IMG/VR virus record: IMGVR_UViG_3300012352_000444
Span: 1-54,788 of that record
Direction: 5' to 3' (one strand)
DNA: 54,788 bases
Source: a virus
Taxonomy: Duplodnaviria > Caudoviricetes
Part shown: positions 16,766-25,642 of the stretch, in pieces
Layout of the letters: each line of letters begins with the position of its first letter
Position numbering within the stretch: the stretch's first letter is position 1
Program-made: the position numbers and the translations under genes
Notes under the pieces: model-generated
Seen by the model: only the letters and a program-made list of their open reading frames with translations
Told to the model about the DNA's origin: nothing
Databases searched by the model: none

Positions 16766-18191
16766 TTATCTTTGTGTTGTAAGTTTTTTCCCACTCTACA
16801 ATATCATTTTCATCATTAAGTAATGGCTGCCCTTTGATATTAAGGCTAGTATTAAGTAGAACTGGAACTCCTGTTTTATTATAGAATTCATTAAGTAAAT
16901 TCCATAGTCCTGGGTTATCCTTCTTGCTTACCGTTTGAACTCTTGAGGTGCCATCCTCATGAACAACAGAGGGGATCAAAGATGGCTGCTTACATTTAAC
17001 TGTATACTGCATATAAGGTGAAGCAAAGTCCATATCAAACCAGTCTGATGCATATTCTTCCATAACTACTGGAGCAAAAGGTCTAAAGAGTTCTCTTTTC
17101 TTTATTCTATTGACCTTATCTTTAATGTCTGGATCTCTCGGATCAGCTAAGATACTTCTATTACCGAGTGCTCTAGGTCCAAATTCTGCTTTTCCTGTTG
17201 CAACAGCAGCTATTTTATTTTTTAATATCTCATTTAATATTTTTTTAACTGGATACTTTCCACCTAAGTCATATCCTAGATACGGAGTTTCCCAGTTAAG
17301 ATGTTGTCCATACATCAAAGCTGCTGCGCCAAGTGAGCTACCAGCATCTCCTGGGTTTGGCATGATCCAAATATCACTGAAAACATCCCATAAATATGTA
17401 TTTGCAGAAGAGTTTAGTGCACATCCTCCCATAAAAACAAGATTGTCTATACCAGTTAATGTTTTTGCCATTTGCATAAATTCTAATAGTCTAACTTTAT
17501 AAACTTCTTGAACAGCTGCTGCTATATCAAATTTATCTTGATCATCTTCTATGTCTCCCCAGTCATAAATACCTTTATGAAAATTGTACTTTTGTTTTTT
17601 TATAGACGGGAAATAACTATTTACCTTTTCAAAATATTTGTTTTTATCTCCATATGCTGCCATACCCATCATAATATACTCTTCTTGGTTAGCCATAAGG
17701 CCAAGCAAGTCAGTAAATGCTGAATAAAAAAGACCAAAACTTAGTGGATAGTTTTGCTTAAATACTAACTTTAAATTATTTTCAGATCCAACCCAAATGG
17801 TTGATGTGTTAAATTCGCCAATTGCATCCAAGACAACGACACAAGCACTCTTAAATGGGCTAGTGTAATATCCTGCAGCAGCATGAGATTCATGATGTTT
17901 AAATGACTTTTGTGGAACATTCTTTAGACTAGTTTTTAAATAATATGGCTTGTCTCCACCAAAACCACCCCGAAGCATAATTCTAGCTTTCTTTAGATAT
18001 CTGCTTTCATAATATGCAATGGCATCTGGATATCCATACTGCAAGGCATCCTCTATTAGCTTATCATTAGTAAACCAATCATTTTTTTGTTTGCTATATC
18101 TTTCAGAATGCCCTGCAAATAGTATATCCCCATCTTTAATTAAAGATACTGATGCATCGTGGGTTGTTTCATTAATTCCAAGTATTATCAT
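16758..18191 (-). CDS. Carbamoyltransferase (NodU/CmcH/TobZ family)
   Basis: HDAS, HHESHAA, DAIGE, MGMAAYG, GGCALN, EFGPRALGNRS, FRPFAP, LNTSLN. Confidence 0.95.
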   Translation of the reverse strand: MIILGINETTHDASVSLIKDGDILFAGHSERYSKQKNDWFTNDKLIEDALQYGYPDAIAYYESRYLKKARIMLRGGFGGDKPYYLKTSLKNVPQKSFKHHESHAAAGYYTSPFKSACVVVLDAIGEFNTSTIWVGSENNLKLVFKQNYPLSFGLFYSAFTDLLGLMANQEEYIMMGMAAYGDKNKYFEKVNSYFPSIKKQKYNFHKGIYDWGDIEDDQDKFDIAAAVQEVYKVRLLEFMQMAKTLTGIDNLVFMGGCALNSSANTYLWDVFSDIWIMPNPGDAGSSLGAAALMYGQHLNWETPYLGYDLGGKYPVKKILNEILKNKIAAVATGKAEFGPRALGNRSILADPRDPDIKDKVNRIKKRELFRPFAPVVMEEYASDWFDMDFASPYMQYTVKCKQPSLIPSVVHEDGTSRVQTVSKKDNPGLWNLLNEFYNKTGVPVLLNTSLNIKGQPLLNDENDIVEWEKTYNTKIIR

Positions 18192-18198
18192 TATTCTC

Positions 18199-18282
18199 CT
18201 AGTATAGAAACTTATCTTTTTTAAATAACTTTTTCTTTTTATTAGTAAAAATATAAAAAAACTTTCTAATTGCTTTTATCAT
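18199..18282 (-). CDS. 27-aa basic peptide ending DKFLY (not in ORF track)
   Basis: AAGGAG SD; MIKAIRKFFYIFTNKKKKLFKKDKFLY; fills the gap between SGNH-like and carbamoyltransferase genes. Confidence 0.7.
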   Translation of the reverse strand: MIKAIRKFFYIFTNKKKKLFKKDKFLY

Positions 18283-19111
18283 TATACTCCTTTAAAAATA
18301 TCTCTGATACACCATCTGAATACATCAGCCCTGGATGTGCATTATCTCTAGCAATATTATACAGTATATTGCCTCTTTCATTTTTATTTTTGGCCATCTT
18401 AATTATGGAACTTTGCTCTATATAAATAAAATCAAAAAATCCTAATTCATTAAATATTTTAGATGAGTCTTCATCCCAAGAAGACCAGATTAAAGATATG
18501 CCTGATTCTTTACAGTAATGTTCAAGAGATTTTATAAGTAAATATGTTGAAAAAATACTATCCTCAAAAGTCTTATACTTATGATCTTTTTGATTTTTAG
18601 AAACCACTGTAAAGTATTCATCTTCAATGTATGATAATGATCTAGAAATTTCTGGGAATAGTATGAATAAGTTTGATGGTTTTCCATATTTTTCTATATA
18701 GTTATAAACATTATTAATGATTAGCTCTATAGAGCCACCTAAAAATGATATAGACTTATATCCGTCAAAGTCTCCTTTGTTTATTTTGTTATATAATCTT
18801 CCAGACCAGTTGTCCATATATGGCAAACTTTCTCCGAATGTAAAAGAACAACCACAAAATAAAGCAGACTTTTCTGATTCTATAATAAAAAAATCTTCTG
18901 ATCTATGGCCTTCATTATTCATCTTATAAGATATAGAATCATGTTTTGGCAAGTTTTGTAATTCTTCTAGTTTGGTAAAAAAATACTCATTATGTGGCAA
19001 GAACTGTTTGGTCAAAGTTCTTTCATTAGAAAATCTTTTTTCTATATTAATGACAGGAACAGAAAAGGCTATTTCTTTTTTAAAGTGTATGGATTCTAAA
19101 ATTTTTTTCAT
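18266..19111 (-). CDS. SGNH/GDSL-like hydrolase or acyltransferase
   Basis: FCGCSFTFG (GDS-like Ser) and C-terminal RDNAHPG (DxxH). Confidence 0.65.
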   Translation of the reverse strand: MKKILESIHFKKEIAFSVPVINIEKRFSNERTLTKQFLPHNEYFFTKLEELQNLPKHDSISYKMNNEGHRSEDFFIIESEKSALFCGCSFTFGESLPYMDNWSGRLYNKINKGDFDGYKSISFLGGSIELIINNVYNYIEKYGKPSNLFILFPEISRSLSYIEDEYFTVVSKNQKDHKYKTFEDSIFSTYLLIKSLEHYCKESGISLIWSSWDEDSSKIFNELGFFDFIYIEQSSIIKMAKNKNERGNILYNIARDNAHPGLMYSDGVSEIFLKEYNDKSN

Positions 19112-19123
19112 AGGAATATTAAA

Positions 19124-19149
19124 TTGGGGGGCAGTTTATTACCCCCCAA
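19124..19149 (-). terminator. Hairpin downstream of the holin gene
   Basis: TTGGGGGG/CCCCCCAA stem followed by a short T run. Confidence 0.55.
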
Positions 19150-19154
19150 CCCAA

Positions 19155-19424
19155 CTACTTAGTAGAGACCTTCTTGGTAGGGCTCTTCTTCTTAACAGGT
19201 GCCTTTGCAGTCTTGAGAGCTTCCTCAATAGCAGAAACTTCTGGCAAACGACCAAAAGCCTTGTCATTTGGATTAATTGCTCTTAAAGCTACAGGTGCAA
19301 CTGCAGCAACAAGTGCTGTCCATAGATCCTTTGGATCTGTTACTCCTGCCATATAAAGTGCAAGACCTGATGCGAGTACTGAGCGTCCATATGATGCTAG
19401 TAGTGCTTTCATCTTTTCGTCCAT
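19155..19424 (-). CDS. Putative holin
   Basis: Two hydrophobic segments, P..LRAINP.D..FG, basic tail. Confidence 0.65.
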   Translation of the reverse strand: MDEKMKALLASYGRSVLASGLALYMAGVTDPKDLWTALVAAVAPVALRAINPNDKAFGRLPEVSAIEEALKTAKAPVKKKSPTKKVSTK

Positions 19425-19438
19425 TTTATTTTCCTTTT

Positions 19439-20452
19439 CTAGTTTAATGCGTGAGGCTTTGATTCACCTACGCTTAGCGGAGATACAATGTTATACAATG
19501 CAATTTCCGCTAGTTCTGATAGTTTGTTTACTCCAGAATAAGAACATCCGCTACCTAGACCATTTTTGATCTTATCTATTACTATGGTAACAGATCCCTT
19601 AAACGGAATCTTTGTTGTTATACCCTCTTCAACAGATACTGAGCCACGCCAGTCTGTTTGGGCTGAAGCACTTGCCATACCCCTAAAGGATTTTTGTCCG
19701 TCTATGACCTGCCCAGGACTCTCTGAGGTACCTGCTAGCATAGATCCTAGCATAACCATATCTGCTCCTGCAGCAAATGATTTAACAATATCCCCAGTAG
19801 TCTTAATGCCACCATCTGCAACAATAAGTGTACTAAGATTGTTTAGCTTTTTGGCATATGAGCAGTCAATAACAGATTGCAAGGTTGGAACTCCATGACC
19901 AGACACTATCCTTGTTGTACAGGTTGCACCACCGCCGATACCAACACGTACTGCATCTGCTCCACAAATTGATAAAACTGTGTAGCCATGTGAAGTTGAA
20001 ACATTTCCAGCCATTACTTTAAGATTTGGAAATTTTAATTTTACAGATTTGACAGCATCTATGCATGCTTTTCCATGACCATTTGCAGTATCTATACAAA
20101 TCCATTTAATACCATTATCTACAATAGTTTGAATAAAAGATAAATCAATACATTCAGCAGCAGATACTGCTAAGCCAATATTATCTGGATTTTCTGTTGC
20201 ATTAATAGCTGTATAAGCATGCCACATTCTTTTATTATTAGTCATATATCTATGAATTATTCCAATACCACCTGCATTTGCAATATGAGCTGCCATTTCC
20301 CACTCGGTCACTGTATCCATTGGAGAAGATACTATAGGTAGAGCATATCCGTTCATAGATAAATCTACTTCATGTCTACTTTGAACATTAGACTGTTGTG
20401 GAACTAACAATATGTCATCAAAACATAATGCATTTTCATTAACTAAATTCAT
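19439..20452 (-). CDS. IMPDH/GMP reductase family protein (no CBS domain)
   Basis: FDDILLVP, SSPMDTVT, IDTANGH, GIGGGATCTTR, ADGG, FRGMAS. Confidence 0.92.
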   Translation of the reverse strand: MNLVNENALCFDDILLVPQQSNVQSRHEVDLSMNGYALPIVSSPMDTVTEWEMAAHIANAGGIGIIHRYMTNNKRMWHAYTAINATENPDNIGLAVSAAECIDLSFIQTIVDNGIKWICIDTANGHGKACIDAVKSVKLKFPNLKVMAGNVSTSHGYTVLSICGADAVRVGIGGGATCTTRIVSGHGVPTLQSVIDCSYAKKLNNLSTLIVADGGIKTTGDIVKSFAAGADMVMLGSMLAGTSESPGQVIDGQKSFRGMASASAQTDWRGSVSVEEGITTKIPFKGSVTIVIDKIKNGLGSGCSYSGVNKLSELAEIALYNIVSPLSVGESKPHALN

Positions 20453-20832
20453 TTATTTTCTCTTTCATCATTCGGTAACAATTTTTTTAATTCAATATAT
20501 GCCTCTGAAATATTTTTAAGTGCATTATAGTTTGGCTTCATTGCAACTTCATCGCCATACTTATTAAAATGCTCTATATCTTTATCAACTTTTTCAACAA
20601 AAGACAATAGCTGTTTCTGAACATCTTCGATATAGTCAAAAGCCCATTCACGAGAATCAGAGATAAACTTAATAAAGTCTTCTTTTGCTTGATCAGTTTC
20701 CATTAATCCATTACGATAAATATCTACAATAGCCTTTTTTGTTTCAAAGTTTTCTTTAGATACTTTGCGAATCTTAATAAGAAGAAAGATAATTAGTATT
20801 AAAGAAACGCCTAATACATAATACTCTATCAC
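20449..20832 (-). CDS. Membrane-anchored hypothetical protein
   Basis: N-terminal TM segment; FIKFISDSREWAFDYIE. Confidence 0.75.
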   Translation of the reverse strand: MIEYYVLGVSLILIIFLLIKIRKVSKENFETKKAIVDIYRNGLMETDQAKEDFIKFISDSREWAFDYIEDVQKQLLSFVEKVDKDIEHFNKYGDEVAMKPNYNALKNISEAYIELKKLLPNDERENK

Positions 20833-21059
20833 TTAAGAGGCTCCCTTGTAACTAGCACTATTGCACCTTCCATCTCTAAAGCTTTCTTGACCATTGTTAC
20901 ATACTTTACAGCCTCCATCTTTTCATCATGAGACATGTGTAAAAATGATCGTTCACTTAATTTTATCGTAAGGAAGTTGTCGTTGTCAATAAGAGTTATT
21001 CCAAACCCCTTTGGAGCCTGTAAACTATTAAAGGCTCTACGCATACTGTCTGTATACAT
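20829..21059 (-). CDS. Hypothetical protein
   Basis: Coupled ORF. Confidence 0.75.
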   Translation of the reverse strand: MYTDSMRRAFNSLQAPKGFGITLIDNDNFLTIKLSERSFLHMSHDEKMEAVKYVTMVKKALEMEGAIVLVTREPLK

Positions 21060-21268
21060 TACTCTTCTTTCTTCCAGTGTAAAAATGATTTAACATATAC
21101 CGCTGCATATGCAACTGCCATTGCTATAAATCCATATTGGTCTGTAGCCAATGCATAAGCAATCCACAAACACTCATTAACACAAAGAATTAGCCATCCC
21201 CAAATAGTCTTACGACCTACTAAGAAAATTCCTGTAACCCCTATGACTGCTAGTATCCATGACCACAT
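21059..21268 (-). CDS. Small multi-TM membrane protein (PnuC/SemiSWEET-like pattern)
   Basis: Three hydrophobic segments; GW...N..LWI.Y. Confidence 0.6.
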   Translation of the reverse strand: MWSWILAVIGVTGIFLVGRKTIWGWLILCVNECLWIAYALATDQYGFIAMAVAYAAVYVKSFLHWKKEE

Positions 21269-21269
21269 A

Positions 21270-21554
21270 TTATTTCTCCGTTGTTAATGCTTGCCAGGTA
21301 TTACCCCAGTCTTTTTTAGACTTATGTCTATTAAACTCTCTTGAGATGTCTCCATTTTCTAAATAGATACCGCCCCAAACTCCCCACTCTTTACCTGATA
21401 CACCAACTGCAAAACAACTATTTTGTACTGGACATAAATTACACATCGAGTCAATAGCTGGTCTTAGTTTTTCATCTTCTTCGTACTTGTCAAAGAATAT
21501 ATTTGTATCGTAATCTAGGCATGAAGAATCATCTTTCCATTGATGCTTTTTCAT
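21270..21554 (-). CDS. whiB: WhiB-family transcription factor
   Basis: W....C...FF...CxxC.....C, GVWGG. Confidence 0.92.
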   Translation of the reverse strand: MKKHQWKDDSSCLDYDTNIFFDKYEEDEKLRPAIDSMCNLCPVQNSCFAVGVSGKEWGVWGGIYLENGDISREFNRHKSKKDWGNTWQALTTEK

Positions 21555-21556
21555 GA

Positions 21557-21766
21557 CTACCTCACATATTTATTGGGAATGCTCCATCCATCACGGTCTA
21601 CGCTGAATACATTTTTTGTGTACCAAGAACCATTTACAAAGGATCCATTAGCTTTAAAAGCTGCTGCATCTGACTTTGTAAGTTCGACTACGTTCCAGCC
21701 GTCCCATGACAATGACTTGTTTTGTGAAACAATTTGTTCCATCTTTTCTAAGTTTTTAATTACCAT
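21557..21766 (-). CDS. Hypothetical protein
   Basis: ORF track. Confidence 0.7.
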   Translation of the reverse strand: MVIKNLEKMEQIVSQNKSLSWDGWNVVELTKSDAAAFKANGSFVNGSWYTKNVFSVDRDGWSIPNKYVR

Positions 21767-21780
21767 TATTATTCTTTCTT

Positions 21781-22131
21781 CTAGTAACGGAATATGCCGA
21801 TTTCGACATTATTTAGTTGTGCTGTAGCAACCAGTTTTGATGGATGCTCTTTTTCATTACAAAGGTAAGCAAAATAATTAACTACTTGAATATTATCTGC
21901 TACCCAATCTTGTTGTGCTTTGTAATATTTTACTTTCTTACCACGGCCTTTAAAACCTTTTTCTGTAAGATTACAAAACTCTGACACAAAGTTATTTACT
22001 TTGGTCGGTCCAACTGAATATACATGAAGTTCTTTATCGCTATCAGCCATACCAGACAATGCTACAGCCATAGATCTAAGAAATACAGTATAGTCGTCAA
22101 AATTATTTGACCCCTGAACTGCTACAATCAT
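21781..22131 (-). CDS. SLOG/YspA-like protein
   Basis: IVAVQGSNNFDDY N-terminus resembles the GSR.F.DY start of that family. Confidence 0.5.
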   Translation of the reverse strand: MIVAVQGSNNFDDYTVFLRSMAVALSGMADSDKELHVYSVGPTKVNNFVSEFCNLTEKGFKGRGKKVKYYKAQQDWVADNIQVVNYFAYLCNEKEHPSKLVATAQLNNVEIGIFRY

Positions 22132-22132
22132 T

Positions 22133-22516
22133 TTAATATCCGTTCTTTAAGTTATCCAATATGAAAAGCAAATCTTCTATTTCTTTTTTTGATAAGTTTT
22201 CTGTATTAATTAGTTGACCTGAATTAGTATTAAACTCTCCATCAACAATCTCTGCAAAGTAAAAATTATTATTTTCTACCCAATAAACTTTGTTATCTGG
22301 TGTTCGAATAACTTTTACAGTACTCTTATCCATATGAAGTTTTGCTTGTGTTGCTACCTTACTTTTTAACTCACGATTACTTGGCAACATATCCCGCACA
22401 ATCATGTGTAAAGCACTTTGGCTAAAGCTAATTTTTTTTAACTTTGACCTATGCTTTCTATTAAGTATAACAGCTAAGAATATACTTGTCAATACGGCGG
22501 TGAGTAATGATTCCAT
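22133..22516 (-). CDS. Membrane-anchored hypothetical protein
   Basis: N-terminal TM segment; coupled to upstream stop. Confidence 0.7.
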   Translation of the reverse strand: MESLLTAVLTSIFLAVILNRKHRSKLKKISFSQSALHMIVRDMLPSNRELKSKVATQAKLHMDKSTVKVIRTPDNKVYWVENNNFYFAEIVDGEFNTNSGQLINTENLSKKEIEDLLFILDNLKNGY

Positions 22517-23604
22517 TACCAACCTTTTAGTAGATTAAATGGAGTATTGTCCCAAAGCTTTTCAGTCTTTTTCTTTTCACGCTCAACAATGCCACGTGCC
22601 CATGCAAATCCTGCGTCTCCGCCCCAAGCAAGCCACATAATATATCCATTTGATGGATTAGACTGATTAGCCCAGTCCTTACCCTTTTTATCAACTTCGT
22701 GCCGTGAGAAATATGAATACATTCTCTTAACAGTACTAAGAGAGATTGTCTCTCCTCTAGCCAACTGACCTGCACGAGTCCATCCTACAGATGTTCCAGC
22801 ACCATTTGCTTTTCCATCTTCTTTAAATTTAATTGCTCTTCTTGCAGCAGATCTTACACCTTCTGGTGGTGAATATCCTTCTGCCTTATTGATTGTATCT
22901 GTATCATAAATAACAGAGTCATCATCTTCCCATAAATCTTCTGCCTTAGCTACTGGAACGCAGTTAGGAACCATCTTTCCATCTTTAGGCTTCATTCCAC
23001 GTTGTACATAGCCTTCCCAGCAAGGATTTTTCTTTTCAACTTCATCTGGGCAGCAATCGCTTTTACCAACATAGTTGTCATATGCATCAACAGATTCCAT
23101 TGCAACTTCTTTAGCAGATGAAGCCGAGAACATCTCTACGATTACGTCAACCGCAACAGACAAAGACTCAATCTTAATTACTTCTGCCATTCTGTGATAG
23201 CAAACATATGGCTCTTCTTCCCAAGCTCCATCTTCTTGTTCATATTTTCTTACAATAATAGGCTTATTATCTTCAACATATTCTAATGCATACTCAGATC
23301 CTGGAAGTCCAAGAAGTCCTGGATTAGTCATTACATACTCTACACGACCAACCATAATCTCTTCATCTTCACCCATATACATAACAAAGTCACCTTCTGT
23401 GACCATTGACTTCTCAATATTACTTACAAACTTTTTAGCGGTGCTTGCCCAAATAGCTCTTGCCTGTGCTGCTGCTCTGGCTTTTGTTGGGTGGCATCCA
23501 TGAACTGTGCCATCAGCACTTACTGTTGGATACCCATCGCATCCATATGAGCCTTTAGCTCCTGCACGATAGCCTCCTGCTGGCTTTTCTTTTCCTACTG
23601 GCAT
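22516..23604 (-). CDS. Multi-module phage protein, possibly head-associated
   Basis: AGGAGG SD; PCWEGY...VPNCVP module; C-terminal RMYSYFSRH...WGGDAG module. Confidence 0.75.
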   Translation of the reverse strand: MPVGKEKPAGGYRAGAKGSYGCDGYPTVSADGTVHGCHPTKARAAAQARAIWASTAKKFVSNIEKSMVTEGDFVMYMGEDEEIMVGRVEYVMTNPGLLGLPGSEYALEYVEDNKPIIVRKYEQEDGAWEEEPYVCYHRMAEVIKIESLSVAVDVIVEMFSASSAKEVAMESVDAYDNYVGKSDCCPDEVEKKNPCWEGYVQRGMKPKDGKMVPNCVPVAKAEDLWEDDDSVIYDTDTINKAEGYSPPEGVRSAARRAIKFKEDGKANGAGTSVGWTRAGQLARGETISLSTVKRMYSYFSRHEVDKKGKDWANQSNPSNGYIMWLAWGGDAGFAWARGIVEREKKKTEKLWDNTPFNLLKGW

Positions 23605-23632
23605 GGCAATACCTCCTAAAGTATATAGTTTA

Positions 23633-23959
23633 TTATACCACTCTTAGAATATGCTTGATATCCTCTAAAATCTTTTGCTTATCTATCGGTAGCTTATCTA
23701 TTTCTTCTTGAATAAATGACTTTTCTGTTAGACTAATCCTTGGATTTACCTCATCCATACCATCAATATCAAGAAATCCTTGTTCCCAAAAATACATAAC
23801 ATCTTCATGGACTGTTGCCATATGAGCCTCATACAGTGCTGGAAAAATAGTTTTCATTTCATCTGTAAATTTATAGAGCAACTCTTCATTTTCAGTATCA
23901 AAAGCTGCTACCTCTACTGCTCCAGCCAAAATAAGATCTTCTAGGGATGGCTCATCCAT
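23633..23959 (-). CDS. Hypothetical protein
   Basis: ORF track. Confidence 0.75.
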   Translation of the reverse strand: MDEPSLEDLILAGAVEVAAFDTENEELLYKFTDEMKTIFPALYEAHMATVHEDVMYFWEQGFLDIDGMDEVNPRISLTEKSFIQEEIDKLPIDKQKILEDIKHILRVV

Positions 23960-24210
23960 TAATAAGACACACCCTTTGCTCTATTTTCAATTAGCTTATC
24001 TCTCTCATCAAGTATTTCATACATAAATGCCATCATTTTTTCATACCCTGCTGGATTGTCAATAATTTTATTGTAGTGGTGTCCACAGAAATATAATTCT
24101 CCAGCAACACCTTTAACACGAACTAATGCTTCTGCAGAGCAACTGTCACAACGATCATGCGGTCCAAGTTCCCAAACAATCTTATCAGTATCTTCAGTTA
24201 TAGCGTTCAT
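23959..24210 (-). CDS. Actinobacterial-type Zn-binding small protein
   Basis: DRCDSC.AEA.V...GEL.FCGHH. Confidence 0.7.
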   Translation of the reverse strand: MNAITEDTDKIVWELGPHDRCDSCSAEALVRVKGVAGELYFCGHHYNKIIDNPAGYEKMMAFMYEILDERDKLIENRAKGVSY

Positions 24211-24216
24211 ATATTC

Positions 24217-24399
24217 CTACTTTCTGTTGTCTGTTGAATAAAATCCTGGCCCATTTAGAACTACTCCGAAATTAGAGTATACACGAACCAGTGGTAGAGT
24301 GCAACTTTCACACTCATACCCTGGATCGTCTTCTTTAATTCCACGAATTCTAGTGTAGTCTTTATTGCACGGCTCACATCTATATTCGTATGCTGGCAT
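24217..24399 (-). CDS. FmdB-family zinc-ribbon protein
   Basis: MPAYEYRCEPC...CESC...GPGFYSTD. Confidence 0.85.
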   Translation of the reverse strand: MPAYEYRCEPCNKDYTRIRGIKEDDPGYECESCTLPLVRVYSNFGVVLNGPGFYSTDNRK

Positions 24400-24401
24400 T
24401 A

Positions 24402-25199
24402 TTAACCCTGCAATGCCTTAAGAGTTGCATTATCAACAATACCGTTTGGCTTTAGACCTGACTTAGCCTGGAACTTCTTTACTGCTGCTGCAGTTCCTGG
24501 ACCAAACTCTCCGTCTGCCTTAATACCCAAAAGCTCCTGAATTGTTTTAACTCCAGCTCCCTTTGCACCAATCTTAATAACCTTTGCTGCTGGCTTAGCC
24601 TTTTTAACAACCTTTTTAGCTGCTGGTGTTGCAGCAGGAGCAGTAGTTGTTGTACTTGTAATCTTTGACAAGAGTGGAATATTTTCTTCTCCTGCATAGA
24701 CTGGACGACCCCAACCTACAACAGCATTTAGAATGCCCTTCTTATTCTTTACATATGCACGTGTCTTTTCTACGCACATTCCTCCATTACGCTGATCTCC
24801 CTTTGCAGTTCCTGAAGTATTTCCTTCAATAACTTGGATAGTTCCATCGCCATTATTCTTAATGCAAAGACCTACGTGTGAAATTCTATTGACACCATCG
24901 TCTGGGAAATCAAAAAAGATCCAGTCTCCTGGTGTTGGATCGTCATTACGAGCATCAGCCCAACGATTATTCTTCTTGAAGAAGTCTGCTGCTGCTACTG
25001 TTGAAGCAGTCTTGGGATACTTCTTTGCATCTAGACCAGATGTAAATGCACACCATGAAACAAATGACTGACACCATGGCTGGAAGTTTACTCCACTCCA
25101 CTTGCCATACTTTGTTTCATTATCTTTAGGCCCTTCAATGGTGCCTATTTCTTTCTTAGCAACCTCAATGATTGCCTCTACTGAACCTTTTACTGACAT
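24402..25199 (-). CDS. Endolysin: CHAP domain plus peptidoglycan-binding domain
   Basis: PWCQSFVSW, SHVG, IEGNT; C-terminal DGEFGPGT..AVKKFQ...GL..GIV. Confidence 0.9.
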   Translation of the reverse strand: MSVKGSVEAIIEVAKKEIGTIEGPKDNETKYGKWSGVNFQPWCQSFVSWCAFTSGLDAKKYPKTASTVAAADFFKKNNRWADARNDDPTPGDWIFFDFPDDGVNRISHVGLCIKNNGDGTIQVIEGNTSGTAKGDQRNGGMCVEKTRAYVKNKKGILNAVVGWGRPVYAGEENIPLLSKITSTTTTAPAATPAAKKVVKKAKPAAKVIKIGAKGAGVKTIQELLGIKADGEFGPGTAAAVKKFQAKSGLKPNGIVDNATLKALQG

Positions 25200-25237
25200 T
25201 GTAATCTCCTTTGTTAATTAACATATAAATTATAGCA

Positions 25238-25513
25238 TTAAGCTACTTGACTTGTCAATCTATCGTGTGTTCTTATTCTATGACAATTTGCACAGACTAC
25301 TTCACATTTTGCTATTTCTTTTTTGATTGCCTTCCAAGAAAACCCATCGTGAACCATTCTAGATATGTTATATTTTTTATCTTTTAGATGATCAAAATCT
25401 AAAACAATATGATTTGTTATGCCACAATCAGTACATCCGCTGGCTTCTTTAATTTCTTTTAGCCGTTGCTTGAATTGCTGCTTATTATAAACTGCCAATT
25501 CTTTATCTGACAT
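25238..25513 (-). CDS. Small HNH endonuclease
   Basis: CTDC...LDFDH...CEVVCANCH. Confidence 0.85.
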   Translation of the reverse strand: MSDKELAVYNKQQFKQRLKEIKEASGCTDCGITNHIVLDFDHLKDKKYNISRMVHDGFSWKAIKKEIAKCEVVCANCHRIRTHDRLTSQVA

Positions 25514-25533
25514 AACTTTATAATTATACACCA

Positions 25534-25630
25534 AAAATAAAAGCCCTACACAGGTAATTCCGTATCTGCAGTGCGCCACGGTCATATAAATGGGTAACTA
25601 TTGCCATCTCTAAGGTCCTGTGTAGGGACT
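25534..25630 (-). ncRNA. Candidate stand-alone structured small RNA
   Basis: 11-bp closing stem CCCTACACAGG/CCTGTGTAGGG, two inner helices, TATAAT 6 nt upstream, U-tract downstream. Confidence 0.6.
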
Positions 25631-25642
25631 ATCTATATTATA

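Noticed and set aside
16758-18191. DNA hypermodification role for the carbamoyltransferase
   Set aside because: No hydroxymethylase or TET/JBP gene in this window and the neighbours are glycan enzymes; disfavoured but not excluded
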